From Deltaproteobacteria bacterium (GTDB lineage: Bacteria; Myxococcota_A; UBA796; SXON01): a DNA stretch of 64,000 bases. Location: positions 17,399 through 81,398 of the forward strand of contig CANLGL010000001.1 of assembly GCA_947490345.1 (NCBI GenBank), written 5' to 3'. The translations under genes and the position numbers were made by a program. Positions 52,816 through 62,772 of this stretch are shown here, in pieces. The first letter of the stretch is position 1. Every line of letters starts with the position of its first letter. The notes below the pieces were generated by a model. The model did not search any database. It was not told where the DNA came from and was given only the letters and a program-made list of their open reading frames with translations.

Positions 52816-53268
52816 ATGAAGAAATTCGCACTCATCGCCGCCGCGCTTCTCGCTGCCGGTTGTTCCTACAAGAACCACAGCGCTCCCGGCTTTGGCGCCC
52901 AGTTCGCCAGTGTCGACTACACCGTCCTGGGCGAAACCAGCGCGGAAGCGTGCGGCACCTACGTGTTCGGCATCGACTTCGGCCACCTGTTCTCGGACAA
53001 GTCGGGCGGTACCAAGGGCGGTGGCGGCGGCGACCCCATCAGCATGATTCTGGCGATGTTGGGCGGCAACCCGGAAGAAAGCCGGGCGCTCTACGAAGCG
53101 CTCGACAAGATGCCCGAGGCCACCAACCTCGCGGCCCATCGCACGCACATGACCTACGACGGGCTCACCATGGGCAAGTCCACCACCGTGCTGTTCGGTC
53201 GCAGCTGCGCAACTGTGGTCGCACACGGCGTGAAGATGGGCAAGGGCCCGGTCCCGAACGCGCACTGA
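52816..53268 (+). CDS. Hypothetical lipoprotein (150 aa)
   Basis: ATG at 52816 with lipobox in MKKFALIAAALLAAGC. Contains a Gly-rich loop GGTKGGGGGD. Confidence 0.7.
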   Translation: MKKFALIAAALLAAGCSYKNHSAPGFGAQFASVDYTVLGETSAEACGTYVFGIDFGHLFSDKSGGTKGGGGGDPISMILAMLGGNPEESRALYEALDKMPEATNLAAHRTHMTYDGLTMGKSTTVLFGRSCATVVAHGVKMGKGPVPNAH

Positions 53269-53276
53269 TCCTGAGA

Positions 53277-53448
53277 GGGGGAAGGGGCGGCGCCCCTTCC
53301 CCTAGCGCGCCATACCCTCCGGCCTCCAAGCTTCGCTTTCCGGCCTCCGGCGCGCCGCGCGTTCATAACGCGCGACGACGCGGCGCTCACCCCATCCCGC
53401 CCAGCCGCAGAGCGGAGCGCAGCTGCGGTTTCCGGCCTCCGGCGCCCG
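53277..53448 (-). repeat. Composite REP-like structured intergenic element, copy c, plus a partial second core
   Basis: GGGGAAGGGGC-g-GCCCCTTCCCC, core CTAGCGCGCCATACCCTCCGGCCTCCAAGCTTCGCTTTCCGGCC, hairpin GCGCGTT-cat-AACGCGC and tail CTCACCCCATCCCGCCCAGCCGCAGAGCGG. A partial repeat GCAGCTGCGGTTTCCGGCCTCCGGCG follows. Confidence 0.75.
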
Positions 53449-54324
53449 CTAGAGCAGCTCCTGCAAGAGCGAGGTGGCGTAAATGCCCGGGCCGAGCGTC
53501 ACATCGAGCCAGTAGCCTTCTGGAACGGGGCGGATCGCGGCGTCGATCGCGTGGGCCACCAGTGCCCGCCGCTGTCCCGGCACGATGTGGGCAACCCGAT
53601 CGAGGTGATCGAGAGAGATTCCCGACTCGGCCAGCACCCCTTCCTCCAAGGCCAGGGCGGCCCCGCGGGGCCATCTCATCCGCGCTCCAAATAGCGGCCC
53701 GGTCGCGACACCATGCTCCATCAGGTCTCCCCCGAGGCTGCGCCCGCCGCGCGCGTCGAGCACCCGGTTGAAACCGGCCGCCTGCCAGGCGATGAGGGCG
53801 AAGCGCCGGCGTTGGGGGTCCAAGCGCTCGGATTGGCCGAGGAGAACCTCGTGACCCAATTCCGGAAGGCCGTTGGCCACCCGTTGGGGTCCGAAACGAT
53901 TGGGGAAGCGTGCGAGCTCGACGATGCGACGTGCCGCGATCGTGGCGTCTCCATCGCGCACGAGAATCGAGAAGCGGTTCCCGTCAAGGTCGCCCGGACG
54001 CAGCGGCGCGCGGGTCTCTCCTTGGGCGACCAGCTCCAACCCGGGCGGCATCGAGCGGATGCCGCGAGGTCCGGCGAGCGTGAAGCGCTGCTCGGTGGTC
54101 GCGTCGCGGTCCTTCAGGCCCGCGTAGCCGACGTCTTCGGTTTCGACGCCGGCAGCGCGAGCCAGGGCGCGCGCGACCTCCGGGGTGTCGCGCCCTGAGC
54201 GACGCACACGATACCACCGGACGCCGCGGCCCTTCGGGCACCCGAATGGCAGCTCGCTCACGCGGAAGTCGTCGTTGGAAACTTTGTAGCGGCCGCCGGT
54301 GCCCGGCGGTTGGTCAGTGGGCAT
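53449..54324 (-). CDS. truD: tRNA pseudouridine(13) synthase TruD
   Basis: Catalytic GxKD block VGYAGLKDRDATTEQ, plus GNRFSILVRD, FPNRFGPQR and YATSLLQELL, collinear with E. coli TruD as I remember it. The ATG at 54324 overlaps the upstream gene end by 11 nt. Confidence 0.85.
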   Translation of the reverse strand: MPTDQPPGTGGRYKVSNDDFRVSELPFGCPKGRGVRWYRVRRSGRDTPEVARALARAAGVETEDVGYAGLKDRDATTEQRFTLAGPRGIRSMPPGLELVAQGETRAPLRPGDLDGNRFSILVRDGDATIAARRIVELARFPNRFGPQRVANGLPELGHEVLLGQSERLDPQRRRFALIAWQAAGFNRVLDARGGRSLGGDLMEHGVATGPLFGARMRWPRGAALALEEGVLAESGISLDHLDRVAHIVPGQRRALVAHAIDAAIRPVPEGYWLDVTLGPGIYATSLLQELL

Positions 54325-55294
54325 CGCGAAGGTCCTGTCGCACGACGACCTTGCCGAAAACCTCACGCTGCTCGAGTAGCGCGTGGGCTTCACCGAGCCG
54401 GGTCATCGGCAGAATGGTATGTACGATGGGCTTGATCTCTCCGGCGGCGACGGTTCGCCATGCGGCGATCATTTCCGCGGAGCTCCCCATTGTCGACCCA
54501 AGGATTTCGATCTGCTTGAAGAAGAGCGCGCGTAGGTTCAGCGGCACTTCGGCGCCGGAGGTTGCGCCGCAGACCACGAGGCGCCCTCCCCACCGCAAGG
54601 CACGCAAGGAGGCGGCCCACGTGTCGCGACCCACGGTATCCACGACCACGTCTGCGTCGCGGACCTTGACGGCATCGTAGGGCCACGCGGTGGCGCCCAT
54701 GGCTTCCAAGCGGGTGCGCTTCTCGCGGGTGCTTGCGGTCGCATGGACGTCGCAACCCAGGCGCAGCGCCAATTGGACAGCCAGCACGCCCACGCCGCTC
54801 CCCCCTGCCTGGACCAGGACGCGCTCGCCGGACTGCAGTTGCGCTCGGGTGACCAACATGTGCCATGCCGTCAAGAGCGCCAGAGGAAGTGAGGCGGCCG
54901 CCGCTGCATCCATGCCCGACGGGATCGACAGGACCTGCCAGGCGGGCACAACCACTCGCTCGGTGCACCCACCGTCTGCGCTTTCCCCGCGGATGGAAAA
55001 TTGTCGGCAGTGATTCTGGCGGCCGGCGAGGCACCTTTCGCAGGTCCCGCAGCCCCAGCTCGGATGAAGGACGACCGCTTGGCCATCGACAGTGCCGGCG
55101 ACGTCGCTGCCCGGGACGCGCGGGAGATGAAAGTCGTGTCCCGGAACCCCTCGCCGCACCCACACGTCGAGGTGGTTGAGTCCAACGTGGGTGACGTTCA
55201 CGCTGAGCTCTCCGTGCCCTGCTTCGGGCTCGGCTACGTCGGCGATACGGAGGACCTCCGGTCCCCCGTGCTCTGCGATCACCACCGCTTTCAC
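54314..55294 (-). CDS. Zinc-type alcohol dehydrogenase / quinone oxidoreductase (MDR family)
   Basis: MKAVVIAEHGGPEVL, structural-zinc Cys cluster GCGTCERCLAGRQNHC and the NAD fold VLVQAGGSGVG. Confidence 0.85.
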   Translation of the reverse strand: MKAVVIAEHGGPEVLRIADVAEPEAGHGELSVNVTHVGLNHLDVWVRRGVPGHDFHLPRVPGSDVAGTVDGQAVVLHPSWGCGTCERCLAGRQNHCRQFSIRGESADGGCTERVVVPAWQVLSIPSGMDAAAAASLPLALLTAWHMLVTRAQLQSGERVLVQAGGSGVGVLAVQLALRLGCDVHATASTREKRTRLEAMGATAWPYDAVKVRDADVVVDTVGRDTWAASLRALRWGGRLVVCGATSGAEVPLNLRALFFKQIEILGSTMGSSAEMIAAWRTVAAGEIKPIVHTILPMTRLGEAHALLEQREVFGKVVVRQDLRDAH

Positions 55295-55351
55295 GCGCGC
55301 TCCCGGGCCGTTCTTATCGCGCGCCGAGGGGCGGAGCGCTACCTTCGTCCG

Positions 55352-57442
55352 ATGGCTCCCCCGGCCCGACTCGGCCCCCTACGCCTGGTCCGGCGATACT
55401 TCGAGGCCCGGCGGGGCGATCCCCGGGCCAAGGAAGACCTGTACCACCTGCGTGGCGTGCTCCGCTTCGTGGCGCTTTTCGCGGCAACGATCGGCCTTCC
55501 TGCACTGCTTCTGTCCTACTACGGCATCGCGGGTATCCGCGCCCAGCAGAGCGCGGTCAAAGCACAAGTGGCCCAGGATGCCGAGCTTGCCGCAGACCTG
55601 ATGGGCGCTCAGATCGAGGCGGAGTTCAAATCGTTCGAGGACCTTGCCCTCGGCCGGCTGGCGACGGGCAAGTCGGTCCACAGTCGGCTCAGTGAGCTGT
55701 CGCCGACGTTGAGGGTCGTGTTCCGCTTCGACGAAGAGGGCGGGCTGGCCGCGCCGTTTGTCCGCGGTTCCTCGGGCGGGGTGCTCGACGCACCGTGGCG
55801 GCTCAGCGCAGCGTGGCGCGAGGCGGTCGCGGACGAGCGGCAGGGCGACTATTCCGCCGCGGCGCTGGCGTACGGACGGTTCTCGAGGCGCGCGGGTGAC
55901 CCCACCGCGCGGGCGGATGCCGCCTTCGCTCGGGCCCGCAGCTTGCTACGCGGTGGCGACTCGCGCGGCGCGGAAGCGGCGTTCGCCGACATCGAACGCG
56001 ACAGCCCCGCGGTCCGTGCGGTGGAGGGCTTCCGCCTCGGGGACCTTGCGCGCTTCAAGCAGGCAGAGATTCTGCTCGCCCGCGACTCGGACGCGGGGGT
56101 GATCGCGTTCCAGCGGCTCATCGCCGCGCTCCTTGCGGAAGACTGGACCATGGGGGAGGGGGGCGAGGCCGCTGTCGTCCAGCGAGCGCTCGACAACCTG
56201 GAGGCGATGGGCTCGTTCCGCGAGCAGATACGTCGTGACCGCGACACCGTCGACGATCGACAGGCTCAACTGTACTGGGCCACCATCCTGCAGTCCGAGC
56301 TCGATTCGCTGGGTGCCAAGGGCTCACTCTTACGGCAAGAGACCGGGCGGTTCTACTACCTCTCGACCGAGAGCGCGCTTTGGGCTCGCACCTGGACCGC
56401 CGATGAACAGGTGTTGTTTGCCCTCGAACCCGACGCGCTCTTGAAGCGGCTGAGGGAGCTTGGCGAAGGCGCGATGGGCGTCAACGCGGACGTGGTCGTG
56501 ACCGTGCTTGAGGCCCACGACAAGACGCCGCGTGACGTGCGTGTTCGGCGCCCGCTTGCGCGCGTGCCCCAGTGGTCCATCGTCGCCTACCCGCGCGACC
56601 CGGAGGCGCTGTCGGTTCGCCAGAGCGAGGACACCCGCCGCGGCGTCGGCATCGTGCTCCTGAGCGTCGTGATGATCGTGCTCGGCGCGATTCTGAGCGC
56701 GGGACTGGTGCGCCGCGAGCTGGACGCCGCCCGCCTCAAGAGCGAGTTCGCCGCCAATGTGAGCCACGAACTGCGCTCGCCGATCACCCAAATCCGCCTG
56801 AAGGCAGAGGCTCTACAACTGGGCCTCGCCGAGACCCCCGAGGCTCAGGCGCGGCACTACGAAGTCATCGTGAGAGAGGCCGAGCGTCTGTCCCGGATGG
56901 TGGACAACATGCTCGACTTCGCCGCCATCGAGCGTGGTCAGAAGAAGTACAATCTGCGTCCTGGGGACCTCGCGGGCACCGTGCAGAACGTCGTGGACTC
57001 GGCACGCGTCGCCATGGAGATGCGGCCGATGAAGATCGAGGAATCATACCCGGAGGACCTTCCGCCGGTCTGGCACGACCCCGATGCGGTGGCGCAGGTT
57101 ATCGTGAATCTCTTGTCCAACGCTGCTAAGTACGGCCTCGACGCGGGGTACATCGGAGTCACCATCCGCGCCGCGCCGGGCGAGGTTCTTGTCGAGGTCT
57201 CGGATCGCGGCATCGGAATCGACCCATCCGAACAACAGGCGATCTTCGAGCAATATTATCGCAGCAACGATCCAAATGCTCGCCGCCGAAAGGGGACGGG
57301 TATCGGGCTGACCATCGTAAAGTACATCATGGAGGCACACGGCGGCAGCGTGACCCTCCACTCCACCTTGGGCGTCGGTACCACCTTCGCCCTCCATTTC
57401 CCGATACAACCTCCGCAGAGCCCGGAACGGCAAGGAGCCTGA
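55352..57442 (+). CDS. Sensor histidine kinase with a large periplasmic TPR-like domain
   Basis: Two TM segments (FVALFAATIGLPALLL and GIVLLSVVMIVLGAILSAGLV). H-box FAANVSHELRSPIT. N/G boxes LLSNAAKYG, DRGIGI and GTGIGLTIV. Confidence 0.9.
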   Translation: MAPPARLGPLRLVRRYFEARRGDPRAKEDLYHLRGVLRFVALFAATIGLPALLLSYYGIAGIRAQQSAVKAQVAQDAELAADLMGAQIEAEFKSFEDLALGRLATGKSVHSRLSELSPTLRVVFRFDEEGGLAAPFVRGSSGGVLDAPWRLSAAWREAVADERQGDYSAAALAYGRFSRRAGDPTARADAAFARARSLLRGGDSRGAEAAFADIERDSPAVRAVEGFRLGDLARFKQAEILLARDSDAGVIAFQRLIAALLAEDWTMGEGGEAAVVQRALDNLEAMGSFREQIRRDRDTVDDRQAQLYWATILQSELDSLGAKGSLLRQETGRFYYLSTESALWARTWTADEQVLFALEPDALLKRLRELGEGAMGVNADVVVTVLEAHDKTPRDVRVRRPLARVPQWSIVAYPRDPEALSVRQSEDTRRGVGIVLLSVVMIVLGAILSAGLVRRELDAARLKSEFAANVSHELRSPITQIRLKAEALQLGLAETPEAQARHYEVIVREAERLSRMVDNMLDFAAIERGQKKYNLRPGDLAGTVQNVVDSARVAMEMRPMKIEESYPEDLPPVWHDPDAVAQVIVNLLSNAAKYGLDAGYIGVTIRAAPGEVLVEVSDRGIGIDPSEQQAIFEQYYRSNDPNARRRKGTGIGLTIVKYIMEAHGGSVTLHSTLGVGTTFALHFPIQPPQSPERQGA

Positions 57443-57445
57443 ACC

Positions 57446-58147
57446 ATGGCACGCATTCTGTTCGTCGAAGATGAAGAGGACCTCCTCAGCTCGTTGGTGG
57501 CGTTCTTCACCCGCGAGGGCTTCGAGGTCTTTCATGCCCGCGGCGGCGAGGCCGCCATCCAACTCAGCTCGCGGATGCGGCCGGACATCGCGGTTCTGGA
57601 CGTCATGCTGCACGAGGGGCCAGAAGGTCCGGCGGGCAAGGACGGCTTCGAGGTGCTGCGGGCGCTTCGTGACCGGGGATTCACTGGCCCAGTCATCTTC
57701 CTGACCGCGCGCACGCTCGAACACGACAAGCTCCTGGCCTTTGACCTTGGCGCGGACGACTACATCACCAAGCCGTTTTCGCTTCTGGAGCTTCGAGCTC
57801 GGGTTCGCGCGGCATTGAAGCGCGCGGGTGGCGGCAAGTCGGTCTACCGCTACGGGTCCGTCGAGGTGGATCTGGACAACTACGTCATCCGTCACGGCGA
57901 CGAGCTCGAACGATTGTCAAACCGTGAGCAGGAGCTGCTCAAGTACCTCATCGAGCACCGCGGCAAGGTGCTCCAGCGTGACGAGCTGCTTACCAGCATC
58001 TGGAAGTACAGCGCTGGGGTTACGACGCGAACGGTGGATACCCACATCCTCAACGTGCGGAAAAAACTGCGAGACGACGCCAGCGAGCCGGCGTTCATCG
58101 AGACGCTCCACGGCATCGGCTACAAGTACATCGCGCAGGAATTCTGA
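57446..58147 (+). CDS. OmpR-family response regulator
   Basis: Receiver domain ([25 protein letters not shown]) plus a winged-helix output ([12 protein letters not shown]...[13 protein letters not shown]...HGIGYKY). Confidence 0.9.
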   Translation: MARILFVEDEEDLLSSLVAFFTREGFEVFHARGGEAAIQLSSRMRPDIAVLDVMLHEGPEGPAGKDGFEVLRALRDRGFTGPVIFLTARTLEHDKLLAFDLGADDYITKPFSLLELRARVRAALKRAGGGKSVYRYGSVEVDLDNYVIRHGDELERLSNREQELLKYLIEHRGKVLQRDELLTSIWKYSAGVTTRTVDTHILNVRKKLRDDASEPAFIETLHGIGYKYIAQEF

Positions 58148-58974
58148 TGCTGCTGTGGGCGGCGGCGGCGCTCGCGGACCCGACTGCGGACTGGCGCGCG
58201 CTCTACGAAGCGCGTTTTGTCGAGATCGCAGACGGCACGCCCGGAAACGCGGTACTGATCTACCAGGCGACGCTCTTGGACCGGGACCCCGGTGCGCCGC
58301 TGTTCAGCACCACGGCTTTCTGGTTGGGGCGCGCCCAACTGGCCATGGTGCTGATTCCGGAGGCCCAAGCGAGCTTGCGTGCGGCGGCGGCGGAGCCAGA
58401 GACTCGCGGCGATCGGAGGGCGATATTTCAACTCGACGCCGGGATTCGCGATTCCGCGGCTGCGCTCTTGGAGGAGATGGCACTGGACGCGGCGCAGGTT
58501 TCGGCGCTGCCGGCCGCATGGGACTTCTCAGCCGGCGCGCTCCCTGCGGTGGGTGGGTGGCGTGGGGACGGAGACGATCGGGTGGGAATCGAACCGGTCG
58601 ACGGCCAGCCGGCCTTGCGATGGACCGCCAGCCTGGACCGAGCCGAGCCCCCGCGGCTCACCGTGCGTTTTGGCGGGGGTACCAACGTTCGGGAGTTCGG
58701 GTTCCGCGCGCGCGCTGGCGACCGAGCCCTGGCATTGCGCGTGGTGATGGTGGACGAGTGGGGCGATCGTTGGAGCTCGCCGGGCATCCCGGTGGGGGAG
58801 GGTGCGTGGACGGCCGTGACCATCGACGTACGGGACCTCGAGCCCGCGGGTGTGGCCATCGGTCCGCGTCAGCTTGGCCGTGTCGTCGACGTCCGCCTCG
58901 AAGCGACGCAGCCCGGGGCGGGCGACGAGCCGGGCCCCGGCACACTGTTCCTGGACGATGTGACGGCGAGCTGA
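58147..58974 (+). CDS. Hypothetical secreted protein with a C-terminal beta-sandwich (CBM/CIA30-like) domain
   Basis: The ATG shares one base with the regulator stop (TGATG). The C-terminal region is [22 protein letters not shown]...VRDLEP...FLDDVTAS. Confidence 0.55.
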   Translation: MLLWAAAALADPTADWRALYEARFVEIADGTPGNAVLIYQATLLDRDPGAPLFSTTAFWLGRAQLAMVLIPEAQASLRAAAAEPETRGDRRAIFQLDAGIRDSAAALLEEMALDAAQVSALPAAWDFSAGALPAVGGWRGDGDDRVGIEPVDGQPALRWTASLDRAEPPRLTVRFGGGTNVREFGFRARAGDRALALRVVMVDEWGDRWSSPGIPVGEGAWTAVTIDVRDLEPAGVAIGPRQLGRVVDVRLEATQPGAGDEPGPGTLFLDDVTAS

Positions 58975-60083
58975 TGCTGTTGGTCCAGAAGTACGGCGGC
59001 TCCTCGGTCGCCGACGTCGCGAAGATTCGGCAGGTTGCATCCCGAGTTGCGAGGTCCGTCGCGGCTGGGCATCAGGTGGTGGTGGTCGTCTCTGCGATGG
59101 GGAACACCACCAACGAGCTCTTGGCGTTGGCCCGCGACGTCGCCAAAACGCCGGGCCGTCGTGAGCTTGATATGCTGATATCGGTCGGTGAGCGCGTGAC
59201 CATGGCACTTTTGGCGATGGCGCTGCACGATTCGGGTGTCCCAGCTCGCAGCTTCACCGGGAGCCAGTCGGGCATCATCACGGACGACGCGCACGCCAGT
59301 GCTCGGGTCGTCGAGGTTCGCCCCGATCGCATCAAGGCCAGCCTCGCGGCGGGCGAAGTCCCCATCGTGGCGGGCTTCCAGGGGGTGAGCCGTTCGCGGG
59401 AGGTCACCACGCTGGGGCGGGGAGGCAGTGACACCACGGCCGTGGTGCTCGCCGCGGCATTGGGAGCGGACGAGTGTGAGCTGTGCTCCGACGTGGACGG
59501 CATCTGGTCCGCCGATCCCCGCGGCGTGCCGGGTGCAGTCAGGCTCGGCGAGCTCAGTCTGGACGAAGCGCTGGCCATGGCGCGCAATGGCGCGCGAATC
59601 CTGTCGGAGGACGCCGTGGCCTGGGCCCATCGTGAGGGCATCACGCTTCGTGCCAGCGCAACCGGGAAGAGTGATGGCGGCACGGTCATTCGGGCGATGG
59701 TGCCTGAGGCGAGGTTCGTGGCCGTGGTGGCCGACGTCCAGCTCGCTCTGGTCTCCGCTGCCGAGATGGGCTTGGTTGAGACCCCTTGCATCCGGGCTGC
59801 CGGTCCGTGGGGCGCGATCGTTGATTGCCGCAACCTGCATGGCACTGAGCCCGGCGTGGGCGTCGCAACAGTCGCGGTGGTCGGGGCTCGCTGTGGTGCC
59901 GATCCTGCTCGTCTTAAGGAGGTGATGTGCCTCGCCAGCGCCTGTCTCGGCGAGGCTCCGGAGCTGTGGTGGGCCTCGACTGATGCGGTGGTGTTGGTTG
60001 TAAAAAGTTCTGATGCGACACGTTTGGAGCGCCACATGCACTTTTCAATTCTCGGCCGCTCCGGTATTTCCGCGCCCCCATGA
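58974..60083 (+). CDS. Aspartate kinase (short form)
   Basis: [42 protein letters not shown] and [16 protein letters not shown]. The start shares one base with the preceding stop. The 382 aa upstream in track ORF 57828..60083 are out-of-frame overlap with other genes. Confidence 0.85.
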   Translation: MLLVQKYGGSSVADVAKIRQVASRVARSVAAGHQVVVVVSAMGNTTNELLALARDVAKTPGRRELDMLISVGERVTMALLAMALHDSGVPARSFTGSQSGIITDDAHASARVVEVRPDRIKASLAAGEVPIVAGFQGVSRSREVTTLGRGGSDTTAVVLAAALGADECELCSDVDGIWSADPRGVPGAVRLGELSLDEALAMARNGARILSEDAVAWAHREGITLRASATGKSDGGTVIRAMVPEARFVAVVADVQLALVSAAEMGLVETPCIRAAGPWGAIVDCRNLHGTEPGVGVATVAVVGARCGADPARLKEVMCLASACLGEAPELWWASTDAVVLVVKSSDATRLERHMHFSILGRSGISAPP

Positions 60084-60859
60084 TTCGCCAGTTCCTCAAC
60101 CCTCCCAACTGGTTCAGCGCCGCGAGCTTGTTCTGCGGGCTGTACGCGGTGCTGCTGTCCGGGGGCGCCAAAGGGGACCCGACCGTGTTCTATCAGGCGG
60201 GATTGTTCGTCTTTTACGCCGGTCTCTTCGACGGACTCGACGGACGTGTCGCCCGACTCACCGGAACCGGGAGCGCGTTTGGGGTGCAGTTGGACTCGCT
60301 GATTGACATCATCAGCTTCGGGCTGACGCCCTCGGCGCTGGTGTATTTCTGGAGCCTGCACGAACTCGGCCCGCTTGGGGTGTTCGGGGCGTTCTTCTTC
60401 ATGTTGTGCGGGGCATTCCGGCTCGCACGCTTCAACGTACAGGTCGATGGGAAGTCCCACACCTTCGGTCCCGGCTCGACCATCACCATCACCGGCGGCA
60501 CGCTCGCGGCGCTCGTGATGTGGCAAGCCGGAGGCGGCGACGGCCTCGAGTTGGACGCGACCCACTTCTTCGCCGCCACGGTGGGGATGGGTCTGTTGAT
60601 GGTCTCCAACATCCCGTATCGGACGATGAAGTCGCTGCGTCGCAACGCCCGCACCTTCGCAGGGATCGTACTGGTGGCCGGGCTCTTCATTTACCTCGGC
60701 GTACGCTACGACATCTCCACCGTGCTCGTCAGCTTCGGCTCACTCGCCGTCCTGTCCGGACCTTTGGAACTGGTCTTCGGCTATCCATCGCGACGACGCG
60801 GTCGGCTGCGGGACGGGGCCGCTGGCATCGAGCGCACCGACCACGGGGACCAGGCCTAG
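60080..60859 (+). CDS. pssA: CDP-diacylglycerol--serine O-phosphatidyltransferase
   Basis: ATGA overlap with the aspartate kinase gene. Motif [27 protein letters not shown]. Multiple TM helices. Confidence 0.85.
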   Translation: MIRQFLNPPNWFSAASLFCGLYAVLLSGGAKGDPTVFYQAGLFVFYAGLFDGLDGRVARLTGTGSAFGVQLDSLIDIISFGLTPSALVYFWSLHELGPLGVFGAFFFMLCGAFRLARFNVQVDGKSHTFGPGSTITITGGTLAALVMWQAGGGDGLELDATHFFAATVGMGLLMVSNIPYRTMKSLRRNARTFAGIVLVAGLFIYLGVRYDISTVLVSFGSLAVLSGPLELVFGYPSRRRGRLRDGAAGIERTDHGDQA

Positions 60860-60862
60860 CCC

Positions 60863-60877
60863 GGCCTGGCCCAGGCC
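60863..60877. terminator. Short GC palindrome between convergent genes (possible bidirectional terminator)
   Basis: GGCCTGG-c-CCAGGCC, with an alternative pairing CAGGCC(60851)/GGCCTG(60863). No U-tract. Confidence 0.25.
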
Positions 60878-60915
60878 CCGCTGCTCGCCAAAACCTGACC
60901 GCTTCCGCCAGCCAG

Positions 60916-61218
60916 CTATTCGTCTTCGGCGGGCTCCTCGGCCTCTTCCTCGTCGTCCTCGATCTCGTCGTCCTCGGCCTCGGCCTCACCTTCTTCGCCC
61001 ACCTCTTCCTCCTCCGCCAATTCGTCCTCGGGGCGGGTACGTACCGCGCCTTTGCCGCGGTATTTAGCCAGGATGGCGTCGCGCGGATCGGGGTTGGGGT
61101 CGGTCCGCTGATCGACACCGCACTTGGGGCAAAGGGGGTCGGGGCGGTTCAGGTCGTAGAACTTCAGACTGCACTCGAAGCACGTGTAGCGCTTGCCGAG
61201 TTTGCTCTTGTCCTGCAT
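60916..61218 (-). CDS. FYDLN_acid family zinc-ribbon protein with an acidic tail
   Basis: [27 protein letters not shown] followed by a poly-Glu/Asp C-terminus. Confidence 0.85.
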   Translation of the reverse strand: MQDKSKLGKRYTCFECSLKFYDLNRPDPLCPKCGVDQRTDPNPDPRDAILAKYRGKGAVRTRPEDELAEEEEVGEEGEAEAEDDEIEDDEEEAEEPAEDE

Positions 61219-61306
61219 GGTACTCTCGCGGGGCGCCCTCTTTACCGGATCGCGGCCTTAGCGCAAGCGCTGACGAGCGTGGCGCGGCGAGTTAGACGCG
61301 CTCTCC

Positions 61307-62764
61307 TTGAGCCGGGGGGACCCGTTGATCACCGTACTTTTAGGGTTCTTCGCCTGTACCCCCGACGCTGTCGATGAGGGCACCCGCGATGTGCGGGTGG
61401 ACCACGCGAGCAAGGATGTTGAGTCATTGGCGCCTCGTAGCTGCGTGAACGACAGCGGGAAAATTTTCGTGGTTTGGACCGACGAACGGGAAGACGTTGA
61501 CGCTGTTTGGCTCAACATGTCCGCCGACGGTGGCGGCACCTTCCTTGCCCAGGACACCCTCCTCAGTCACGGGAAGGTTGCCGCTGCCAATCCCGCGATC
61601 GCGTGTGTCGGCGACCGGGTCTACGTGGCCTGGGAGGACAAGCGTGACGGCGAACTCGAGTACGAAAACATCTACGTTCAGTGGTCCGACGACGCAGGCC
61701 GCCACTGGCAGAAAGAGGACCTTGCGATCGACGTCGATCCCGACGGGCTCGCCGTGAGCATCGCGCCTTCGGTCTTCGCGGTGGGTGATCGGGCGTGGGT
61801 GGTCTGGTCCGATCAGCTCAACGGGGCCTACGATATTTTCGTTTCGACCACCGAAGATGGTGGCGAAAGCTGGTCGGCAGCGCCCGTCCGCGTGGACACC
61901 GACGAAGCTGGGTCGGCCTTTTCATCCCATCCAAGTCTGGTGGCGGACGACAGCGGGAACGTCGTGGTGGCGTGGGAGGATCGTCGCAGCGGCGCCTCGG
62001 ACATCTACGTCAACAATTCGACGGACGGCGGCCAGAGCTTCGGTAGCGCGGATCGGCGCCTGGACGGCGGCGACGAGGCTGGCGCAAGCGACAGCTTCGA
62101 ACCGCTCCTGGCCCTCGCCGACAGCAACGTCTATGTGGTCTGGCAGGACGAACGTTTCGGAGAGAACTCCGACATTCTGATGAACTACAGTCACTCATCG
62201 GGTGACAACTGGCGCGACGAGGCGCTCCGGGTCGAAAGCGACGCGGAGGGGATCGCCGACTCGCGGTATCCGGACCTCGCCGCTCAGGGCGATCAAGTCC
62301 TCGTCGCGTTCCAGGACAACCGGGCCGGCGGCTATGACGTCTACCTTCGTTGGTCGGACAACGCGGGTAGCGACTGGGCCACCGACGAGGAGATTCGGAT
62401 GGAAACCGATGATCCCGGCCAGGCGCAGAGCTACAACCCGCGGATTGCGCTGTCGGGGGACAGTTGGGCGGTCCAGTGGCAGGACTACCGGGATGACCTC
62501 GCGGGCGTGTTCTTCAACGACCTGTACTACAACTACTCGGTCGACGGCGGGACCACCTGGCAGAGCGCGGACGTGCGCATCAACAGCACCGACTACGCGA
62601 CATCTTACGCCGTTGAATCGAGCTTATACCTTAGGAATGACGTAGTCGTCAGCATCTGGGGGGATGGCCGCTTTGGGTCTGCGGATATCTTCTGCGCCGG
62701 CCGCCCGTTGGGCGAGCCCAGCCTGTGGATTGAGCCCGAGGGCGACGCGGCCGCTGCGGAGTAA
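61307..62764 (+). CDS. Lipoprotein, BNR/Asp-box (sialidase-like) beta-propeller
   Basis: Lipobox LLGFFAC. Seven Asp-box-like repeats: SADGGGTF, SDDAGRHW, TEDGGESW, STDGGQSF, SSGDNW, SDNAGSDW and SVDGGTTW. TTG start at 61307, or 61325. Confidence 0.8.
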   Translation: MSRGDPLITVLLGFFACTPDAVDEGTRDVRVDHASKDVESLAPRSCVNDSGKIFVVWTDEREDVDAVWLNMSADGGGTFLAQDTLLSHGKVAAANPAIACVGDRVYVAWEDKRDGELEYENIYVQWSDDAGRHWQKEDLAIDVDPDGLAVSIAPSVFAVGDRAWVVWSDQLNGAYDIFVSTTEDGGESWSAAPVRVDTDEAGSAFSSHPSLVADDSGNVVVAWEDRRSGASDIYVNNSTDGGQSFGSADRRLDGGDEAGASDSFEPLLALADSNVYVVWQDERFGENSDILMNYSHSSGDNWRDEALRVESDAEGIADSRYPDLAAQGDQVLVAFQDNRAGGYDVYLRWSDNAGSDWATDEEIRMETDDPGQAQSYNPRIALSGDSWAVQWQDYRDDLAGVFFNDLYYNYSVDGGTTWQSADVRINSTDYATSYAVESSLYLRNDVVVSIWGDGRFGSADIFCAGRPLGEPSLWIEPEGDAAAAE

Positions 62765-62772
62765 GAACATCG

